Positions 20,782 to 32,744 are shown, numbered from the stretch's first letter. The stretch: 64,000 nucleotides of DNA from an uncultured Bacillales bacterium (GCA_947564265.1 CANOBK010000005.1:66548-130547); one strand, 5' to 3'. Notes: generated from the letters alone by a model not told the origin. Numbers and translations: made by a program.

Positions 20782-20795
20782 GGAGGGTTTCGTAG

Positions 20796-21053
20796 ATGGA
20801 AAAAGTAAGAAAAGAATTAGTCGGAACAGTAGTTAGTGCTTGTAATAACAAAACAATTACTGTAAAAGTAGAAACTTATAAAAAACATCCAAAATATGGA
20901 AAAAGAGTGAGAAGCTCAAAGAAATATGCAGCTCACGATGAAACAAATAAAGCTAAAGTAGGAGATACAGTTAGAATCGTTGAAACAAAACCAATTTCTA
21001 AAACTAAACATTTCTATTTAGCAGAAATCGTAAAAGAAGCAGTTATTCTATAA
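20796..21053 (+). CDS. rpsQ: 30S ribosomal protein S17
   Basis: Conserved sequence and gene order. Confidence 0.95.
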   Translation: MEKVRKELVGTVVSACNNKTITVKVETYKKHPKYGKRVRSSKKYAAHDETNKAKVGDTVRIVETKPISKTKHFYLAEIVKEAVIL

Positions 21054-21079
21054 CTCTTAGGTGAAGGAGGATATGATTT

Positions 21080-21448
21080 ATGTTACAACAAGAAAGCCGT
21101 TTAAAGGTTGCTGACAACTCTGGTGCAAAAGAATTATTAGTAATTCGTGTACTAGGGGGAAGCAAAAGAAAAACAGGAAATATCGGTGACATAGTTGTTG
21201 GTACAGTAAAAAATGCCACACCTAATGGAACTGTAGCAAAAGGAAAAGTTGTAAAAGCTGTTATCGTAAGAAGCAAACGTGGAGTTCGTCGTGATGACGG
21301 AAGCTACATCAAATTCGATGACAATGCTTGCGTAATCATCAAAGAAGACAAGAGTCCAGTTGGAACTCGTATATTTGGACCAGTTGCTCGTGAATTACGT
21401 GACAAAGATTTCATGAAAATAGTATCTTTAGCGAAAGAAGTGCTATAA
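21080..21448 (+). CDS. rplN: 50S ribosomal protein L14
   Basis: Conserved sequence and gene order. Confidence 0.97.
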   Translation: MLQQESRLKVADNSGAKELLVIRVLGGSKRKTGNIGDIVVGTVKNATPNGTVAKGKVVKAVIVRSKRGVRRDDGSYIKFDDNACVIIKEDKSPVGTRIFGPVARELRDKDFMKIVSLAKEVL

Positions 21449-21459
21449 AGGAGGATATT

Positions 21460-21771
21460 ATGAAACTTAAAGTTGGAGACAAAGTAAGAGTAATAGCCGG
21501 ATCTAGTAAAGGAAAAGAAGGAAAAATCACAAAGACCCTTAGAAAAGAAGATCGTGTAATCGTTGAGGGTGTTAATCTTGTGAAGAAACATAAAAAAGGA
21601 AATGGACAAGAAACTGGTGGAATTCTAGAAGTAGAAGCACCAATCCATGTATCTAATGTTATGTTGATTGATCCAAAAACAAAAAAACCAACTAGAATTG
21701 GTTATAAGCTTGATGAAAAATCAAACAAAAAAGAAAGAATTTCAAAAAAATCAAACGAGAAGATTGATTAG
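21460..21771 (+). CDS. rplX: 50S ribosomal protein L24
   Basis: KOW motif; conserved gene order. Confidence 0.95.
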   Translation: MKLKVGDKVRVIAGSSKGKEGKITKTLRKEDRVIVEGVNLVKKHKKGNGQETGGILEVEAPIHVSNVMLIDPKTKKPTRIGYKLDEKSNKKERISKKSNEKID

Positions 21772-21789
21772 TTGGGAGGAGGGTAATAG

Positions 21790-22329
21790 ATGAACCGCCT
21801 AAAAGAAAAATATCTAAACGAAATAGTTCCAAGTTTACAAAAGAAACATAACTATAAATCAGTTATGGAAGTACCTAAATTAGAAAAGGTAGTAATTAAT
21901 ATTGGAGTTGGAGATGCTACTTCAAATTCAAAATTAATTGAAGCTGCAGTAAAAGATTTAGAGTTAATCTCTGGACAACATCCAGTAGTTACAAAAGCTC
22001 GTAAATCTATCGCAGGATTTAAAGTAAGAGAAGGACAAGCGATTGGATGTAAGGTAACATTACGTGGAGAAAAGATGTATAACTTCATCGATAAATTAAT
22101 TTCCATTGCATTACCTCGTGTTCGTGACTTCCGTGGAGTTTCACCAAAAGCATTTGATGGTAGAGGAAACTATACAATGGGAATCAAAGAACAATTAATT
22201 TTCTCTGAAATTGATTATGATAATGTTGTAAAAGTGCGCGGTATGGATATCGTATTCGTTACAACTGCAAAGTCTAACGAAGAAGCATTTGACTTATTAA
22301 ATGAACTTGGAATTCCTTTTAGAAAGTAA
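21790..22329 (+). CDS. rplE: 50S ribosomal protein L5
   Basis: Conserved sequence and gene order. Confidence 0.97.
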   Translation: MNRLKEKYLNEIVPSLQKKHNYKSVMEVPKLEKVVINIGVGDATSNSKLIEAAVKDLELISGQHPVVTKARKSIAGFKVREGQAIGCKVTLRGEKMYNFIDKLISIALPRVRDFRGVSPKAFDGRGNYTMGIKEQLIFSEIDYDNVVKVRGMDIVFVTTAKSNEEAFDLLNELGIPFRK

Positions 22330-22341
22330 TTGGAGGATATT

Positions 22342-22527
22342 ATGGCAAAAAAAAGTATAAAAATAAAAGCTAGTCGTAAACAAAAATTCAAAGTGCGTGA
22401 ATACACTCGTTGTGAAAGATGTGGAAGACCTCATGCCGTTATGAGCAAATTCGGAATCTGTCGTATTTGTTTTAGAGAATTAGCAAATAAAGGACAAATA
22501 CCAGGCGTTAAAAAATCAAGCTGGTAA
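22342..22527 (+). CDS. rpsZ: 30S ribosomal protein S14 type Z (zinc-binding, 61 aa)
   Basis: CxxC...CxxC zinc ribbon (CERCGRP...CRIC); start at MAKKS with GGAGGA RBS. Confidence 0.93.
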   Translation: MAKKSIKIKASRKQKFKVREYTRCERCGRPHAVMSKFGICRICFRELANKGQIPGVKKSSW

Positions 22528-22545
22528 AAGGAAGGAGGATAAAAT

Positions 22546-22947
22546 ATGGCTGTAGTAACAGATACAATCGCAGATATGCTTACGAGAATTCGTAATGCCA
22601 ATAGTATGCGTTATACGGAAGTAAAAGTACCTGCTTCTAAACTAAAATTAGAACTTGCTAGAATTTTAAAAGAAGAAGGATTTATCAAAGATTATAAAGT
22701 GGCAGATGAAAACGTTCAAGGAATGATTTATCTAACACTTAAATATGGACAAAATAAAGAAAGAGTAATTACAGGACTTAAGAGAATTTCTAAACCAGGA
22801 TTACGTGTTTATGCGAAAGCTGATGAAGTTCCTAAAGTATTAAATGGGTTAGGAATTGCCATTATTTCTACATCAAAGGGAATTATGACAGATAAAGAAG
22901 CTCGTAAACAAAACTTAGGTGGAGAAGTTTTAGCTTATATTTGGTAA
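22546..22947 (+). CDS. rpsH: 30S ribosomal protein S8
   Basis: Conserved sequence and gene order. Confidence 0.96.
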   Translation: MAVVTDTIADMLTRIRNANSMRYTEVKVPASKLKLELARILKEEGFIKDYKVADENVQGMIYLTLKYGQNKERVITGLKRISKPGLRVYAKADEVPKVLNGLGIAIISTSKGIMTDKEARKQNLGGEVLAYIW

Positions 22948-22972
22948 TAACAAAAATAAGGAGGTGTCATAA

Positions 22973-23509
22973 ATGAGCCGTATTGGAAACAGAAAATTGA
23001 TAGTACCTGAAGGTGTTACAGTAACAATTGAAGAAAATCAAGTAACTGTAAAAGGACCAAAAGGTGAATTATCATTAGAGATTGTGAAAGATATCACAGT
23101 AGCATTAGAAGATAATACTGTAGTAGTAACAAGAGCAAATGATGAGAAAACAACAAGATCAATGCATGGAACAACCAATGCTAACATCCGTAACATGATT
23201 GAAGGTGTTACAAATGGTTTCAAGAAAGACTTAGAGATTATTGGTGTAGGTTATCGTTTTGCAATGAAAGGAAACGCATTAGTAATCAATGCTGGATATT
23301 CTCATCCAGTAGAATTAGAAGTTCCAGCTGGACTTTCAGTAGAAGTTACTTCAAATACTGAAATCTCAGTAAAAGGAATTAGCAAAGAAAAAGTCGGAGA
23401 GTTTGCAGCAAACATTCGTAAAGTAAGAAAACCAGAACCTTACAAAGGAAAGGGTATCCGTTACAAAGACGAATATGTACAACGTAAGGAAGGTAAGAAA
23501 GCTGCTTAA
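22973..23509 (+). CDS. rplF: 50S ribosomal protein L6
   Basis: Conserved sequence and gene order. Confidence 0.96.
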   Translation: MSRIGNRKLIVPEGVTVTIEENQVTVKGPKGELSLEIVKDITVALEDNTVVVTRANDEKTTRSMHGTTNANIRNMIEGVTNGFKKDLEIIGVGYRFAMKGNALVINAGYSHPVELEVPAGLSVEVTSNTEISVKGISKEKVGEFAANIRKVRKPEPYKGKGIRYKDEYVQRKEGKKAA

Positions 23510-23535
23510 TAATAAGTAGAAGGGAGAAGTTACTT

Positions 23536-23892
23536 ATGATAAATAAAGTATCTCGCAATGAAATGCGTAAGATTAGACATGAGAGAGTAAGAAGTAAAAT
23601 CTTTGGTACGCCAGCAGTTCCAAGACTTTGCGTATATAGATCAAGTAAAAATATCAGTGCGCAGATCATAGATGATGAAAATGGTATTACTTTAGCAAGT
23701 GCTTCCTCATTAACTTTAAAGCTTAAAAACGGTGGAAACAAAGAAGCCGCTACTAAAGTTGGTGAAGCAATTGCAGAAGCTTGTAAAAAAGCAGGAATTA
23801 CTAAAGTAGTATTTGATAGAGGTGGATACCTTTATCATGGACGTGTAGAGGCATTAGCCGAAGCTGCACGTAGCAAAGGATTAGAATTCTAA
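23536..23892 (+). CDS. rplR: 50S ribosomal protein L18
   Basis: Conserved sequence and gene order. Confidence 0.95.
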   Translation: MINKVSRNEMRKIRHERVRSKIFGTPAVPRLCVYRSSKNISAQIIDDENGITLASASSLTLKLKNGGNKEAATKVGEAIAEACKKAGITKVVFDRGGYLYHGRVEALAEAARSKGLEF

Positions 23893-23905
23893 TAGGAGGG
23901 TATTT

Positions 23906-24421
23906 ATGCAAAATAGAAATAACGACCCAAGACAAAAAGAAAAAGAGTTAGAAGAATTAGTCATTGAAGTAAAATCTGTTGTTAAAGTTAACAAAGGTGG
24001 ACGTCAAAGAAGATTCTCAGCTTGTGTTGTTGTTGGGGATAGAAAAGGTCGTGTTGGATTAGGAATCGGTAAAGCAAACGAAGTACCTGATGCCATCAAA
24101 AAAGCGATTCAAGCTGCAAATAAGAATCTAGTTAGAATCTCTTTAGTTGACGGAAGAACAATCCAACATGAAGTACTTGGTGTACAAGGAGCTGCCAAAG
24201 TATTCTTAAAACCTGCAAGTGCCGGTACTGGAGTCATTGCCGGAGGTGCAGTTCGTGCTGTATTAGAACTTGCTGGTGTCCGTGATATCTTGTCTAAATC
24301 ACTTGGAAGTCGTACAAAGCTAAACATGGCTACTGCTACAATTAATGCATTAACATCAGTAAAATCTGTTAGTGAAGTTGCAAAATTAAGAGGAAAAACA
24401 GAAGAGGAGATTTTAGGATAA
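23906..24421 (+). CDS. rpsE: 30S ribosomal protein S5
   Basis: Conserved sequence; followed directly by rplO with no rpmD gene. Confidence 0.96.
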   Translation: MQNRNNDPRQKEKELEELVIEVKSVVKVNKGGRQRRFSACVVVGDRKGRVGLGIGKANEVPDAIKKAIQAANKNLVRISLVDGRTIQHEVLGVQGAAKVFLKPASAGTGVIAGGAVRAVLELAGVRDILSKSLGSRTKLNMATATINALTSVKSVSEVAKLRGKTEEEILG

Positions 24422-24864
24422 TGAAGTTACATGAATTAAAAGCAAGTGAAGGTTCACGTCAAAAAAAGAAAAGATTAGGACAAGGACCTGGTAGTGGTTT
24501 AGGAAAGACAAGTGGAAAAGGACAAAAAGGACAAAAAGCTCGTAGTGGTGGAGGAAAAGGTGCTGTATTTGAAGGTGGACAATTACCATTATACAGACGT
24601 CTTCCAAAACGTGGATTTAGTAATGCAAGATTCAAAGTTGAATATGCAGTAATCAACTTAGACGATTTAAACAGATTTGAAGATGGTACAGTAGTAACAC
24701 CTGCTTTATTAAGAGAAACTGGTTTAGTAAAGAAAAGTTATGATGGTATCAAAGTACTTGGTGATGGTACATTAGAAAAGAAAATCACAATTCAAGCAAA
24801 TAAATTCTCAGCAACAGCTGTAGAAAAGATTGAAAAGTCAGGAAGTAAAGCCGAGGTGATCTAA
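24421..24864 (+). CDS. rplO: 50S ribosomal protein L15
   Basis: Gly-rich N-terminal region; conserved gene order. Confidence 0.95.
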   Translation: MKLHELKASEGSRQKKKRLGQGPGSGLGKTSGKGQKGQKARSGGGKGAVFEGGQLPLYRRLPKRGFSNARFKVEYAVINLDDLNRFEDGTVVTPALLRETGLVKKSYDGIKVLGDGTLEKKITIQANKFSATAVEKIEKSGSKAEVI

Positions 24865-24865
24865 T

Positions 24866-26149
24866 ATGTTTCAAGTATTGAAACAATTATTTGCACCAAC
24901 AAATAAAGATTTAAGAAAAAGAATCGGTTTTACGTTGGCTGCATTAATGATCTTTGTTATTGGAACATCAATTAGAGTTCCAGGAACTGCCGATATTACA
25001 GGAAACTTAGGATTCCTAGAATTGATGGATGCGATGGGTGGAGGTTCCCTAAAAAGATTCTCAATCTTTGCATTAGGAGTTATGCCTTATATTACGGCAT
25101 CCATTATTATGCAATTATTGCAATTAGACATTGTTCCTTATTTCAGTGAATTATCGAAAGAAGGACCTGTTGGAAGACAGAAGATTAATCAAATTACCAG
25201 ATATATGGGAATCATATTCGCCTTTATCGAAGGATTTGCCTTCTCATTTGCCTTCTTAGGAAAGAACGTAAGTGCTTTAGAACACTTATATGTTGCAACT
25301 ATCCTAACAGCAGGTACAGCCTTTACCTTATGGTTAGGGGATCAAATCACGAAAAAGGGAATCGGAAATGGAATGTCTCTCATTATCATGGCAGGAATTA
25401 TTGAATCCCTTCCACAAATGTTCATCGCAGCATTCGAAGGGTTAATTGTAAATTCTCTATTGTCACAGGCAGTGGGAATTGCCTTATTTATCGCATTTAT
25501 CGTTGTATATTTCCTAATTGTGATTGGAGTAATTTGGGTACAAGAAGCAGATCGTAAGATTCCAATTCAGTATGCCAATAAATCAACCAGTGCATATGGA
25601 AGTGCCCAGAGTTTCATGCCAATGAAGATAAATGCAGCAGGAGTAGTACCAGTTATTTTTGCCTCTAGTTTCTTAGCAATTCCAGCTACGATTGCTCAGT
25701 TTACAAAGAATCAAGGATTTATCGACTTCTGTAATAATTATTTAACATACACAACTCCTGTAGGATTTTTGATTTATGTACTATTAATATTCTTCTTTGG
25801 ATATTTCTATACATTTATTCAAATCAAACCAGAGGAGTTATCTAAAGACTTACAACAAAGTGGTGGCTATATTCCAGGAATTCGTCCAGGAAAAGACACT
25901 GAGAATTATATCTCAAAAGTAATTTCTAGACTTACGGTCGTAGGATCAATCTTCCTAATTATTATCGCAGGACTTCCAATTGCTTTTACCGCACTTGTAA
26001 ATCTTTCTAATAAAATTAGTCTACCTAGTAACGTAACAATCGGTGGTACTGGATTACTAATCGTTGTTGGAGTAGCACTAGAAACATACAAACAGCTTGA
26101 AGGAAGCTTAGTAACAAGAAGTTACAAAAAGAGTTATAGGAGAAAATAA
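24866..26149 (+). CDS. secY: Preprotein translocase subunit SecY
   Basis: 10-TM SecY sequence in the canonical position after rplO. Confidence 0.97.
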   Translation: MFQVLKQLFAPTNKDLRKRIGFTLAALMIFVIGTSIRVPGTADITGNLGFLELMDAMGGGSLKRFSIFALGVMPYITASIIMQLLQLDIVPYFSELSKEGPVGRQKINQITRYMGIIFAFIEGFAFSFAFLGKNVSALEHLYVATILTAGTAFTLWLGDQITKKGIGNGMSLIIMAGIIESLPQMFIAAFEGLIVNSLLSQAVGIALFIAFIVVYFLIVIGVIWVQEADRKIPIQYANKSTSAYGSAQSFMPMKINAAGVVPVIFASSFLAIPATIAQFTKNQGFIDFCNNYLTYTTPVGFLIYVLLIFFFGYFYTFIQIKPEELSKDLQQSGGYIPGIRPGKDTENYISKVISRLTVVGSIFLIIIAGLPIAFTALVNLSNKISLPSNVTIGGTGLLIVVGVALETYKQLEGSLVTRSYKKSYRRK

Positions 26150-26152
26150 TTC

Positions 26153-26812
26153 ATGAATATTATTTTACTTGCCCCACCTGCCGCAGGAAAAGGGACACAA
26201 GCTGAATTATTAGAAAATAAATACCATTTGAATCATATATCTACTGGCGACTTACTTCGAAAAACTGCCAGTAGAGACGATGATTTTGGAAAAAAGATGA
26301 AGGGAATCTTAGAAAGTGGTGTTTTAGTAAGTGACGAAATTATTTTCGAAATTCTAACGAAACACTTAGAATCATGTGAGAATAAGAACTTATTATTTGA
26401 TGGCTTTCCAAGAAACATTCATCAAGCAGAACGACTAGAAGAAATGCTAGAAAAATGGCATGACAAATTAGACTTTGTATTTCTCTTAGAAGTAGATAAA
26501 GAAATATTGAAACAAAGAATTACAGGAAGAAGAATTTGTAGGGAATGTGGTTCTGCCTACAATGTGAATATAGACTCTCTAAAGCCAAAAGTAGATTCTA
26601 TTTGTGATAAGTGTCATGGGAATTTATATCAAAGAGATGATGATAATGAGAAATCTTTTGAAATCCGTTATCAAGAATATTTGGATAAAACCAGTGCGCT
26701 GATTGATTATTATCAAAACAAACAGATTCTCTACCGTATTCAAAGTGATCAAAGCAAGGAAGAAGTATTTCAAGAACTTTGTGGAGTCATAGAAAAAGAG
26801 ATGAAGAAATGA
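26153..26812 (+). CDS. adk: Adenylate kinase (zinc-binding lid form)
   Basis: P-loop GAPPAGKGTQ; lid CRECG...CDKCHG. Confidence 0.96.
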   Translation: MNIILLAPPAAGKGTQAELLENKYHLNHISTGDLLRKTASRDDDFGKKMKGILESGVLVSDEIIFEILTKHLESCENKNLLFDGFPRNIHQAERLEEMLEKWHDKLDFVFLLEVDKEILKQRITGRRICRECGSAYNVNIDSLKPKVDSICDKCHGNLYQRDDDNEKSFEIRYQEYLDKTSALIDYYQNKQILYRIQSDQSKEEVFQELCGVIEKEMKK

Positions 26813-27555
26813 TAACGATAAAGAGTGCAAGAGAAATAGAATTGATGCGTATTGCTGGGAACATCGTGTATAAGACCCATCAATACCTAAAGCCATATGT
26901 GAAAGAAGGAATCACTACCAAAGAGTTAGACAGGTTGGCAGAAGAATTTATTCTAAGTCAAGACGCAACACCTTCTTTTAAAGGTTACGGTGGTTTTCCG
27001 GGGACGATTTGTACCAGTATTAATAATCAAGTAGTTCACGGAATTCCAGGAAAGAGAAAATTAAAAAACGGAGATATCGTAAAATTAGATATCGGAGCTT
27101 GTTATAAAGGATTTCACGGAGATTCTGCTTGGACGTATGCTGTTGGAGAAATTAGTGAAGAAAAAAAGTATCTAATGGAACATACAGAAAAAGCGCTCTA
27201 TGAAGGAATCAAGCAAGTAAAGCCAGGAAACCGAATCGGTGATATTGGCGCAGCAGTCGAAGCATATGCAGAAGAACATCATCTAGGAGTCGTAAAGGAA
27301 TTAGTAGGACATGGAATAGGAACGAGTGTTCACGAAGATCCAGAAGTTCCAAACTATGGAAAAAAAGGAACAGGTCCCATGTTAAAAGAGGGAATGGTAA
27401 TTGCCATCGAACCAATGTTAAACCTAGGAACTGCTGATGTTTATATCCTAGACGATGATTGGACCATCGAAACAGACGATGGGATGCCATCTGCACACTA
27501 CGAACATACCGTAGCTGTAACGAAAGATGGATATAAAATTTTGACGGGAGAGTGA
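26809..27555 (+). CDS. map: Type I methionine aminopeptidase
   Basis: Start at [11 protein letters not shown], 4-nt ATGA overlap with the adk stop; conserved metal-binding residues. Confidence 0.93.
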   Translation: MITIKSAREIELMRIAGNIVYKTHQYLKPYVKEGITTKELDRLAEEFILSQDATPSFKGYGGFPGTICTSINNQVVHGIPGKRKLKNGDIVKLDIGACYKGFHGDSAWTYAVGEISEEKKYLMEHTEKALYEGIKQVKPGNRIGDIGAAVEAYAEEHHLGVVKELVGHGIGTSVHEDPEVPNYGKKGTGPMLKEGMVIAIEPMLNLGTADVYILDDDWTIETDDGMPSAHYEHTVAVTKDGYKILTGE

Positions 27556-27559
27556 AAAA

Positions 27560-27781
27560 ATGGCGAAAGATGATATTATTGAAATGGAAGGTAAAGTCCT
27601 AGAAATAATACCTGGTGGACATTTCAAGGTTCAACTTGATAATGGTCACATTGTAGAAGATGCTCACCCTTCTGGTAAAATCAGACAAAATTACATTCGT
27701 ATTTTGCCAGGGGATACCGTAGTATTAGAAATGTCGCCTTATGATCTAAATAAAGGGCGCATAACCTATAGAAAAGGTTAG
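27560..27781 (+). CDS. infA: Translation initiation factor IF-1
   Basis: Conserved 72-aa S1-like sequence. Confidence 0.97.
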   Translation: MAKDDIIEMEGKVLEIIPGGHFKVQLDNGHIVEDAHPSGKIRQNYIRILPGDTVVLEMSPYDLNKGRITYRKG

Positions 27782-27791
27782 GAGGAGAATT

Positions 27792-27905
27792 ATGAAAGTA
27801 AAACCATCAGTAAAACCAATGTGTGCGAAATGTCAAATAATCAGACGTAAAGGTAGAGTCAGAGTTGTTTGCCAAAATCCAAAACACAAACAAAAACAAG
27901 GATAA
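27792..27905 (+). CDS. rpmJ: 50S ribosomal protein L36
   Basis: Not in the ORF track (37 aa). [37 protein letters not shown] with GGAGGAG RBS; codon-by-codon count gives stop at 27903-27905. Confidence 0.9.
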   Translation: MKVKPSVKPMCAKCQIIRRKGRVRVVCQNPKHKQKQG

Positions 27906-27923
27906 TTTATAGGAGGTGTATTT

Positions 27924-28289
27924 ATGGCACGTATTAAAGGAATTGATATCCCTAATGAGAAACATATCTCAATCGCATTAACGTATATCTATGGTATTGG
28001 AAGAAATCTAGCGTTAACAATTTGTAAAGATGCAAAAGTTGAACCTAGTAAAAAGGCTCGCGATTTAGACAATGACGAATTAGCAAGAATCCGTGATGAA
28101 GTATCTAAATACTTAACAGAAGGTGACTTACGTCGTGAAGTCAACATGAATATCAAGACAAAAATGGAAATTAATTCTTACGAAGGAATCCGTCATAAGA
28201 GAGGATTACCAGTAAGAGGACAAAGAACAAATAGAAATGCACGTACTCGTAAAGGGAAACCAAAAACAATCGCTAATAAAAAGAAATAA
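27924..28289 (+). CDS. rpsM: 30S ribosomal protein S13
   Basis: Conserved sequence and gene order. Confidence 0.96.
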   Translation: MARIKGIDIPNEKHISIALTYIYGIGRNLALTICKDAKVEPSKKARDLDNDELARIRDEVSKYLTEGDLRREVNMNIKTKMEINSYEGIRHKRGLPVRGQRTNRNARTRKGKPKTIANKKK

Positions 28290-28312
28290 TAAATAGTTAG
28301 GAGGTCAGACTT

Positions 28313-28696
28313 ATGGCATATAAAACAAGAAAAAGAAAAGTCAAAAAGAATGTACCAGAAGGTGTTGCTCATATTCATTCAACATTTAACAACACAATCG
28401 TAACCATCAGTGATAAAGATGGAAATACAATCAGTTGGTCATGTAGTGGGGCTATCGGATTTAAGGGTAGCAAGAAATCAACACCATACGCTGCTGGTAT
28501 GGCTGCAGAAGCTGCAGGAAAAGCTGCTTACGACATGGGAATGCGTAAAGTAGAAGTATTTGTTAAAGGTATGGGTCCAGGACGTGAAACAGCAATTCGT
28601 TCCCTACAAACGGCAGGACTTGAAGTTACAGCAATTTCAGATGTAACACCAATTCCACATAATGGATGTCGTCCACCAAAACGCCCTCGTGGCTAA
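28313..28696 (+). CDS. rpsK: 30S ribosomal protein S11
   Basis: Conserved sequence and gene order. Confidence 0.96.
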   Translation: MAYKTRKRKVKKNVPEGVAHIHSTFNNTIVTISDKDGNTISWSCSGAIGFKGSKKSTPYAAGMAAEAAGKAAYDMGMRKVEVFVKGMGPGRETAIRSLQTAGLEVTAISDVTPIPHNGCRPPKRPRG

Positions 28697-28717
28697 TTAA
28701 AAAAGGAGGAAAGTTTC

Positions 28718-29668
28718 ATGTTACAGTTTGAAAAACCAATTTTTAAAATAGTAGATTATATTGAGAATAATTTCTTTGGAAAGTTTGAATTAGAACCTTT
28801 AGAAAGAGGATTCGGTACCACTTTAGGAAATGCACTTAGAAGAGTAATGTTATCATCTTTACCTGGAAGTGCGATTACCAGTGTAAGAATTGAAGGAGTA
28901 TCTCATGAATTCCAAACAATCGATGGAGTAATTGAAGATGTTTCATTAATTATCTTAAACCTAAAAGATATCGTAATTAAGAATCATTCAGGCGAAAAGA
29001 AAGTAATTCGTATTAATGCAAATAAGGAAGGTCCAGTAACTGCCGGAGATATCGAAAAAGATGCAGATATAGAAATCTTGAATCCTGACAAAGTCATTGC
29101 TAACTTAGCTAAAGGTGGAAGTCTAGTAATGGAAATGACAGTAGATAATGGTAGAGGATATGTTAAGAGTGACGATAACAAGAAATTGTTAACTGACAAG
29201 AAAGTTGGAACAATCGCAATTGACTCTCTATATTCTCCTATTGAAAGAGTATCTTATGAAGTTGAACCAGCTCGTGTTGGACAAGATGAAAGTTATGATA
29301 AGTTAGTGCTAAGTGTATGGACAAATGGTTCTATTAAACCAGAAGAAGCTGTTGCTTTAGCATCACGTATCTTAATTGAGCATTTTGAAATCTTAACTGA
29401 TTTAAGTAATATCGCAGATGTTACAGGGTTAATGATTGAAAAAACAGAAGATCCAAAAGTAAAAGCATTAGAGACAACAATCGAAGATTTAGACTTCTCA
29501 GTACGTGCTTATAACTGCTTAAAACGCGCAGGTATTCATAACTTACAAGACTTAGTAAATAAATCTGAATCTGAAATGATGAAAATCCGTAACTTAGGAA
29601 AGAAATCATTAAAAGAAGTATTAGACAAAGTAAGAGATTTAGGTTTAGTACTTAGAGATGAAGATTAA
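28718..29668 (+). CDS. rpoA: DNA-directed RNA polymerase subunit alpha
   Basis: Conserved NTD/CTD sequence in the canonical position. Confidence 0.97.
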   Translation: MLQFEKPIFKIVDYIENNFFGKFELEPLERGFGTTLGNALRRVMLSSLPGSAITSVRIEGVSHEFQTIDGVIEDVSLIILNLKDIVIKNHSGEKKVIRINANKEGPVTAGDIEKDADIEILNPDKVIANLAKGGSLVMEMTVDNGRGYVKSDDNKKLLTDKKVGTIAIDSLYSPIERVSYEVEPARVGQDESYDKLVLSVWTNGSIKPEEAVALASRILIEHFEILTDLSNIADVTGLMIEKTEDPKVKALETTIEDLDFSVRAYNCLKRAGIHNLQDLVNKSESEMMKIRNLGKKSLKEVLDKVRDLGLVLRDED

Positions 29669-29685
29669 TAGTAAGGAGGTTAATT

Positions 29686-30030
29686 ATGGCATATAGAAAA
29701 TTAGGTCGTGATAATAAACATAGAAGAAGCTTACTTGCTAACCAAGTAAAAGATGTCATTATGCACGAGAAAATCACTACAACAGAAACAAGAGCAAAAG
29801 AAGTTCGTAAATTTGTTGATAAGATGATTACTTATGGAAAAAATGGAAGTTTAGTGTCTAGAAGAAAAGCGTTAGCATTCCTTCAAAATGATACAGAGGC
29901 TGTCAAAAAAGTATTTGATGACTTAGCAAAAAGATATGAAAACCGTAATGGTGGATATACAAGAATCTTAAAGATGACTGAAAGACGTGGAGATGATGCG
30001 TTAATGGTTATCTTAGAACTAGTAAAATAA
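29686..30030 (+). CDS. rplQ: 50S ribosomal protein L17
   Basis: Conserved sequence; last gene of the alpha operon. Confidence 0.96.
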   Translation: MAYRKLGRDNKHRRSLLANQVKDVIMHEKITTTETRAKEVRKFVDKMITYGKNGSLVSRRKALAFLQNDTEAVKKVFDDLAKRYENRNGGYTRILKMTERRGDDALMVILELVK

Positions 30031-30092
30031 AAGGGTAGCCAATCACTACTCTTTTTTTGCCACCAAGAAGTTAGAAAGATGGAGGAAAGAGA

Positions 30093-30596
30093 ATGACAAA
30101 AAGAAAAAATGAAACAGAATTGGCCATTGCCGATTTAATTGGAAATTACCTGAAAGAAGAGAAACGAAATATTGTTGGATTCTATATGGTTCCCTATACA
30201 GTAGCTAAACATAGGAAAATTGAGTTGGTAGTGGTGACAGCGAAACCTAGTGAAAGTCTTTGTCCACAACCTGATCAAAGAGTAGATTGCTATGTGGTTG
30301 TATCTAGTATCCATTCTTTAGAGGAATATAAGGAAGAGGAAAATAGCATCGTAATGGATTCATATCAACTAGGAAATAAAAAACTATTAAAGGACTTTAG
30401 AAATGGAATTATCCTTTACGATCCAAAACAAATACTTCTTAAGAGGCAAGAATCTCTGTTAACAAATTCAAAATTGGTAGAACATTATAATACCTTTCCA
30501 GTTCCTGTTGATTTTCAGAACACGGTTACCTCTAAAGTCAATCATGATCTAGAAAGAGCTGAAAAAAGAAAAAACAAAAGAAAAAAATTATCATAA
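30093..30596 (+). CDS. Hypothetical protein
   Basis: 167 aa, basic C-terminus; no family recognised; inserted between rplQ and the ecf genes. Confidence 0.4.
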   Translation: MTKRKNETELAIADLIGNYLKEEKRNIVGFYMVPYTVAKHRKIELVVVTAKPSESLCPQPDQRVDCYVVVSSIHSLEEYKEEENSIVMDSYQLGNKKLLKDFRNGIILYDPKQILLKRQESLLTNSKLVEHYNTFPVPVDFQNTVTSKVNHDLERAEKRKNKRKKLS

Positions 30597-30741
30597 AATA
30601 TTCAAAATAATTGTATTATTATACACTAATAAGTGCAAAATTATGATATTATAATACAAATAAATGAATAAATAGAAGAAAATGCCATAGAATTCTTTGT
30701 TGAAAAAATGTGTCATGGTATAATAAATATAGGTGATTTAT

Positions 30742-31494
30742 ATGAAAGCGTTAGTTACAGGAGCGTCTTCTGGAATTGGATTAGAGATAGCAAAATATCT
30801 AGATGAACTCGGTTATCACTTAATTCTAGTCGCTAGGGATAAAGACAAACTAGAAGAACTTGCCACCACATTAAAACATAAGCCTAAAATTATAGTGATG
30901 GACTTGTTAGTAGAAAGTAATGTAAAATCTCTCTATGTCCTAACGAAAAATGAAGAGATTGATATTTTAGTAAACAATGCGGGATTTGGAGATTTCGGAA
31001 AATTTACAGAAACTGATATCAGTAAAGAATTAGAAATGATTGATTTAAATATCAAAGCACTTCATATGTTAACAAAAATGTTCTTAAAAGAAATGGTAAA
31101 GAAAGACGATGGATATATCTTAAACGTTGCTTCTTCTGCTGCTTTTCAACCAGGACCTTTAATGGCAACCTATTACAGTACAAAAGCTTATGTGTTACAC
31201 TTAACGGAAGCTATCTGGTATGAATTAAAGAAACAAAAGTCTAAAGTTCATATTTCTTGTCTATGTCCAGGACCAGTAGATACTAATTTCAATCGTGTCG
31301 CAGGAGTAAGGTTCTCCGTAAAACCGTTATCCTCTGAAAAGGTGGCTCGCTATGCAGTGGATAAAATGTTTAAAAAGAAATTAGTAATCATTCCAGGGTT
31401 TAAAATGAAATGTGCGAAATTCTTTGGAAGATTCCTATCAGATAAAAAACTAATGTCTATTACATATAAAATTCAAAAGAAGAAAAAGGGATAG
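30742..31494 (+). CDS. SDR family short-chain dehydrogenase/reductase
   Basis: TGASSGIG Rossmann motif, NNAG, and S...Y..xK catalytic triad (SSAAF...YYSTKAY); start set at MKALVTG. Confidence 0.85.
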   Translation: MKALVTGASSGIGLEIAKYLDELGYHLILVARDKDKLEELATTLKHKPKIIVMDLLVESNVKSLYVLTKNEEIDILVNNAGFGDFGKFTETDISKELEMIDLNIKALHMLTKMFLKEMVKKDDGYILNVASSAAFQPGPLMATYYSTKAYVLHLTEAIWYELKKQKSKVHISCLCPGPVDTNFNRVAGVRFSVKPLSSEKVARYAVDKMFKKKLVIIPGFKMKCAKFFGRFLSDKKLMSITYKIQKKKKG

Positions 31495-31563
31495 AAATAA
31501 CTTTTTCTTCCTTTTTTTAACATTTTATGATATAATATAGCCGTTTGAAAGGAAAGGAAATTT

Positions 31564-32136
31564 ATGAGTAGATATGGAAGTAATGATTACTTTTGGTTAA
31601 AAATGGGAGCAGGAGCAGTTACAATTATCTTATTCGGAGCTCTTTATAGTTGCTCAGCAAAAAAAGAAAGGGAATTATCAACAGATATTGGGTATAATTC
31701 AAGCAATTATTATTTTGATGAAGAATCAGGTGAATATAAGGACGCTTGGACAGGGGAGTCCCTACCAGAAAATCCATTTAAAGATACTGCATATAAGATT
31801 AACTATATTGATGAATGGACAGTGGATTATTCAAAATATCAAGATGTAGAATATGAGCCATTTACGCACACTTTATGCGTTAAAACAAAGGGAACTTTAG
31901 CATATGATCAACTAATTTCAGTAGATGTACCTGAGGGATATCAATTGGACTATTGTATTCCAATGGAAAACTCAAATGGTTCATATGGTGATATTTACGG
32001 ATATGTCGTTTTAAAATTTACAAATACAGAAAAAGTTGTAGTACGTGAGTATTATGATACATCAATAGGTAAATACATCAATACTAACTTTGGAACAGTA
32101 GTAGAAAAAGAAAAACAAAAAACAATAGAACAGTAA
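31564..32136 (+). CDS. Membrane-anchored hypothetical protein, tandem paralogue A
   Basis: N-terminal TM helix; shares YEPFTH...VREYYDT...NFGTV.EKEK with the next gene. Confidence 0.5.
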   Translation: MSRYGSNDYFWLKMGAGAVTIILFGALYSCSAKKERELSTDIGYNSSNYYFDEESGEYKDAWTGESLPENPFKDTAYKINYIDEWTVDYSKYQDVEYEPFTHTLCVKTKGTLAYDQLISVDVPEGYQLDYCIPMENSNGSYGDIYGYVVLKFTNTEKVVVREYYDTSIGKYINTNFGTVVEKEKQKTIEQ

Positions 32137-32165
32137 AAGGAATACTCAAAGAAAAAATATAAAAT

Positions 32166-32744
32166 ATGAGAAGGAGAAAATTTATGGGAAAGTATAGTAA
32201 TGATTACTCTAGAAAAAGAGCGATAAGTGCAGGATTAACACTTTTATTATTAGGAATCATTTACTCAACATCTAGAAATGCTGAATTATCAACAGATTTG
32301 GAAGAAGAGTTAGGAAAAGCATATTCCCTTGATACAGGACTAGACCACAATCAATTTAACTTGAATAATGAAATGTTACCAAATGATTCTCAAATGGGTA
32401 TTATAGATACGAACCAATCTACTATTGATTACTCTAATTATCGAGATGTAGTATATGAACCATTTACTCACAAAGTTTATATAAAAGTAGAAGGATCTCT
32501 AGCCTTTGATTCTATGAACGTAAACGCACCAGATGGATATCAGGCAGATTATTCTATCCAAATGGAAGATTCGAATAGTGGAAATCGATACGTTTACGGA
32601 TGTGCTAGTATAGAGTATACGAATACAGAAAGGGTTTTAGTACGTGAGTATTATGATACAGAAACTAAAACTTATGTATATGTTAACTTTGGAACTGTAA
32701 TGGAGAAAGAAAAAACAAAAAAATTGCACGATAAAAAGAATTAA
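32166..32744 (+). CDS. Membrane-anchored hypothetical protein, tandem paralogue B
   Basis: Same motif set as 31564-32136. Confidence 0.5.
   Translation: MRRRKFMGKYSNDYSRKRAISAGLTLLLLGIIYSTSRNAELSTDLEEELGKAYSLDTGLDHNQFNLNNEMLPNDSQMGIIDTNQSTIDYSNYRDVVYEPFTHKVYIKVEGSLAFDSMNVNAPDGYQADYSIQMEDSNSGNRYVYGCASIEYTNTERVLVREYYDTETKTYVYVNFGTVMEKEKTKKLHDKKN

Noticed and set aside
30031-30092. Possible terminator after rplQ
   Set aside because: A T-run is present (CTCTTTTTTTGCC) but I could not find a convincing GC-rich stem, so it is not called.
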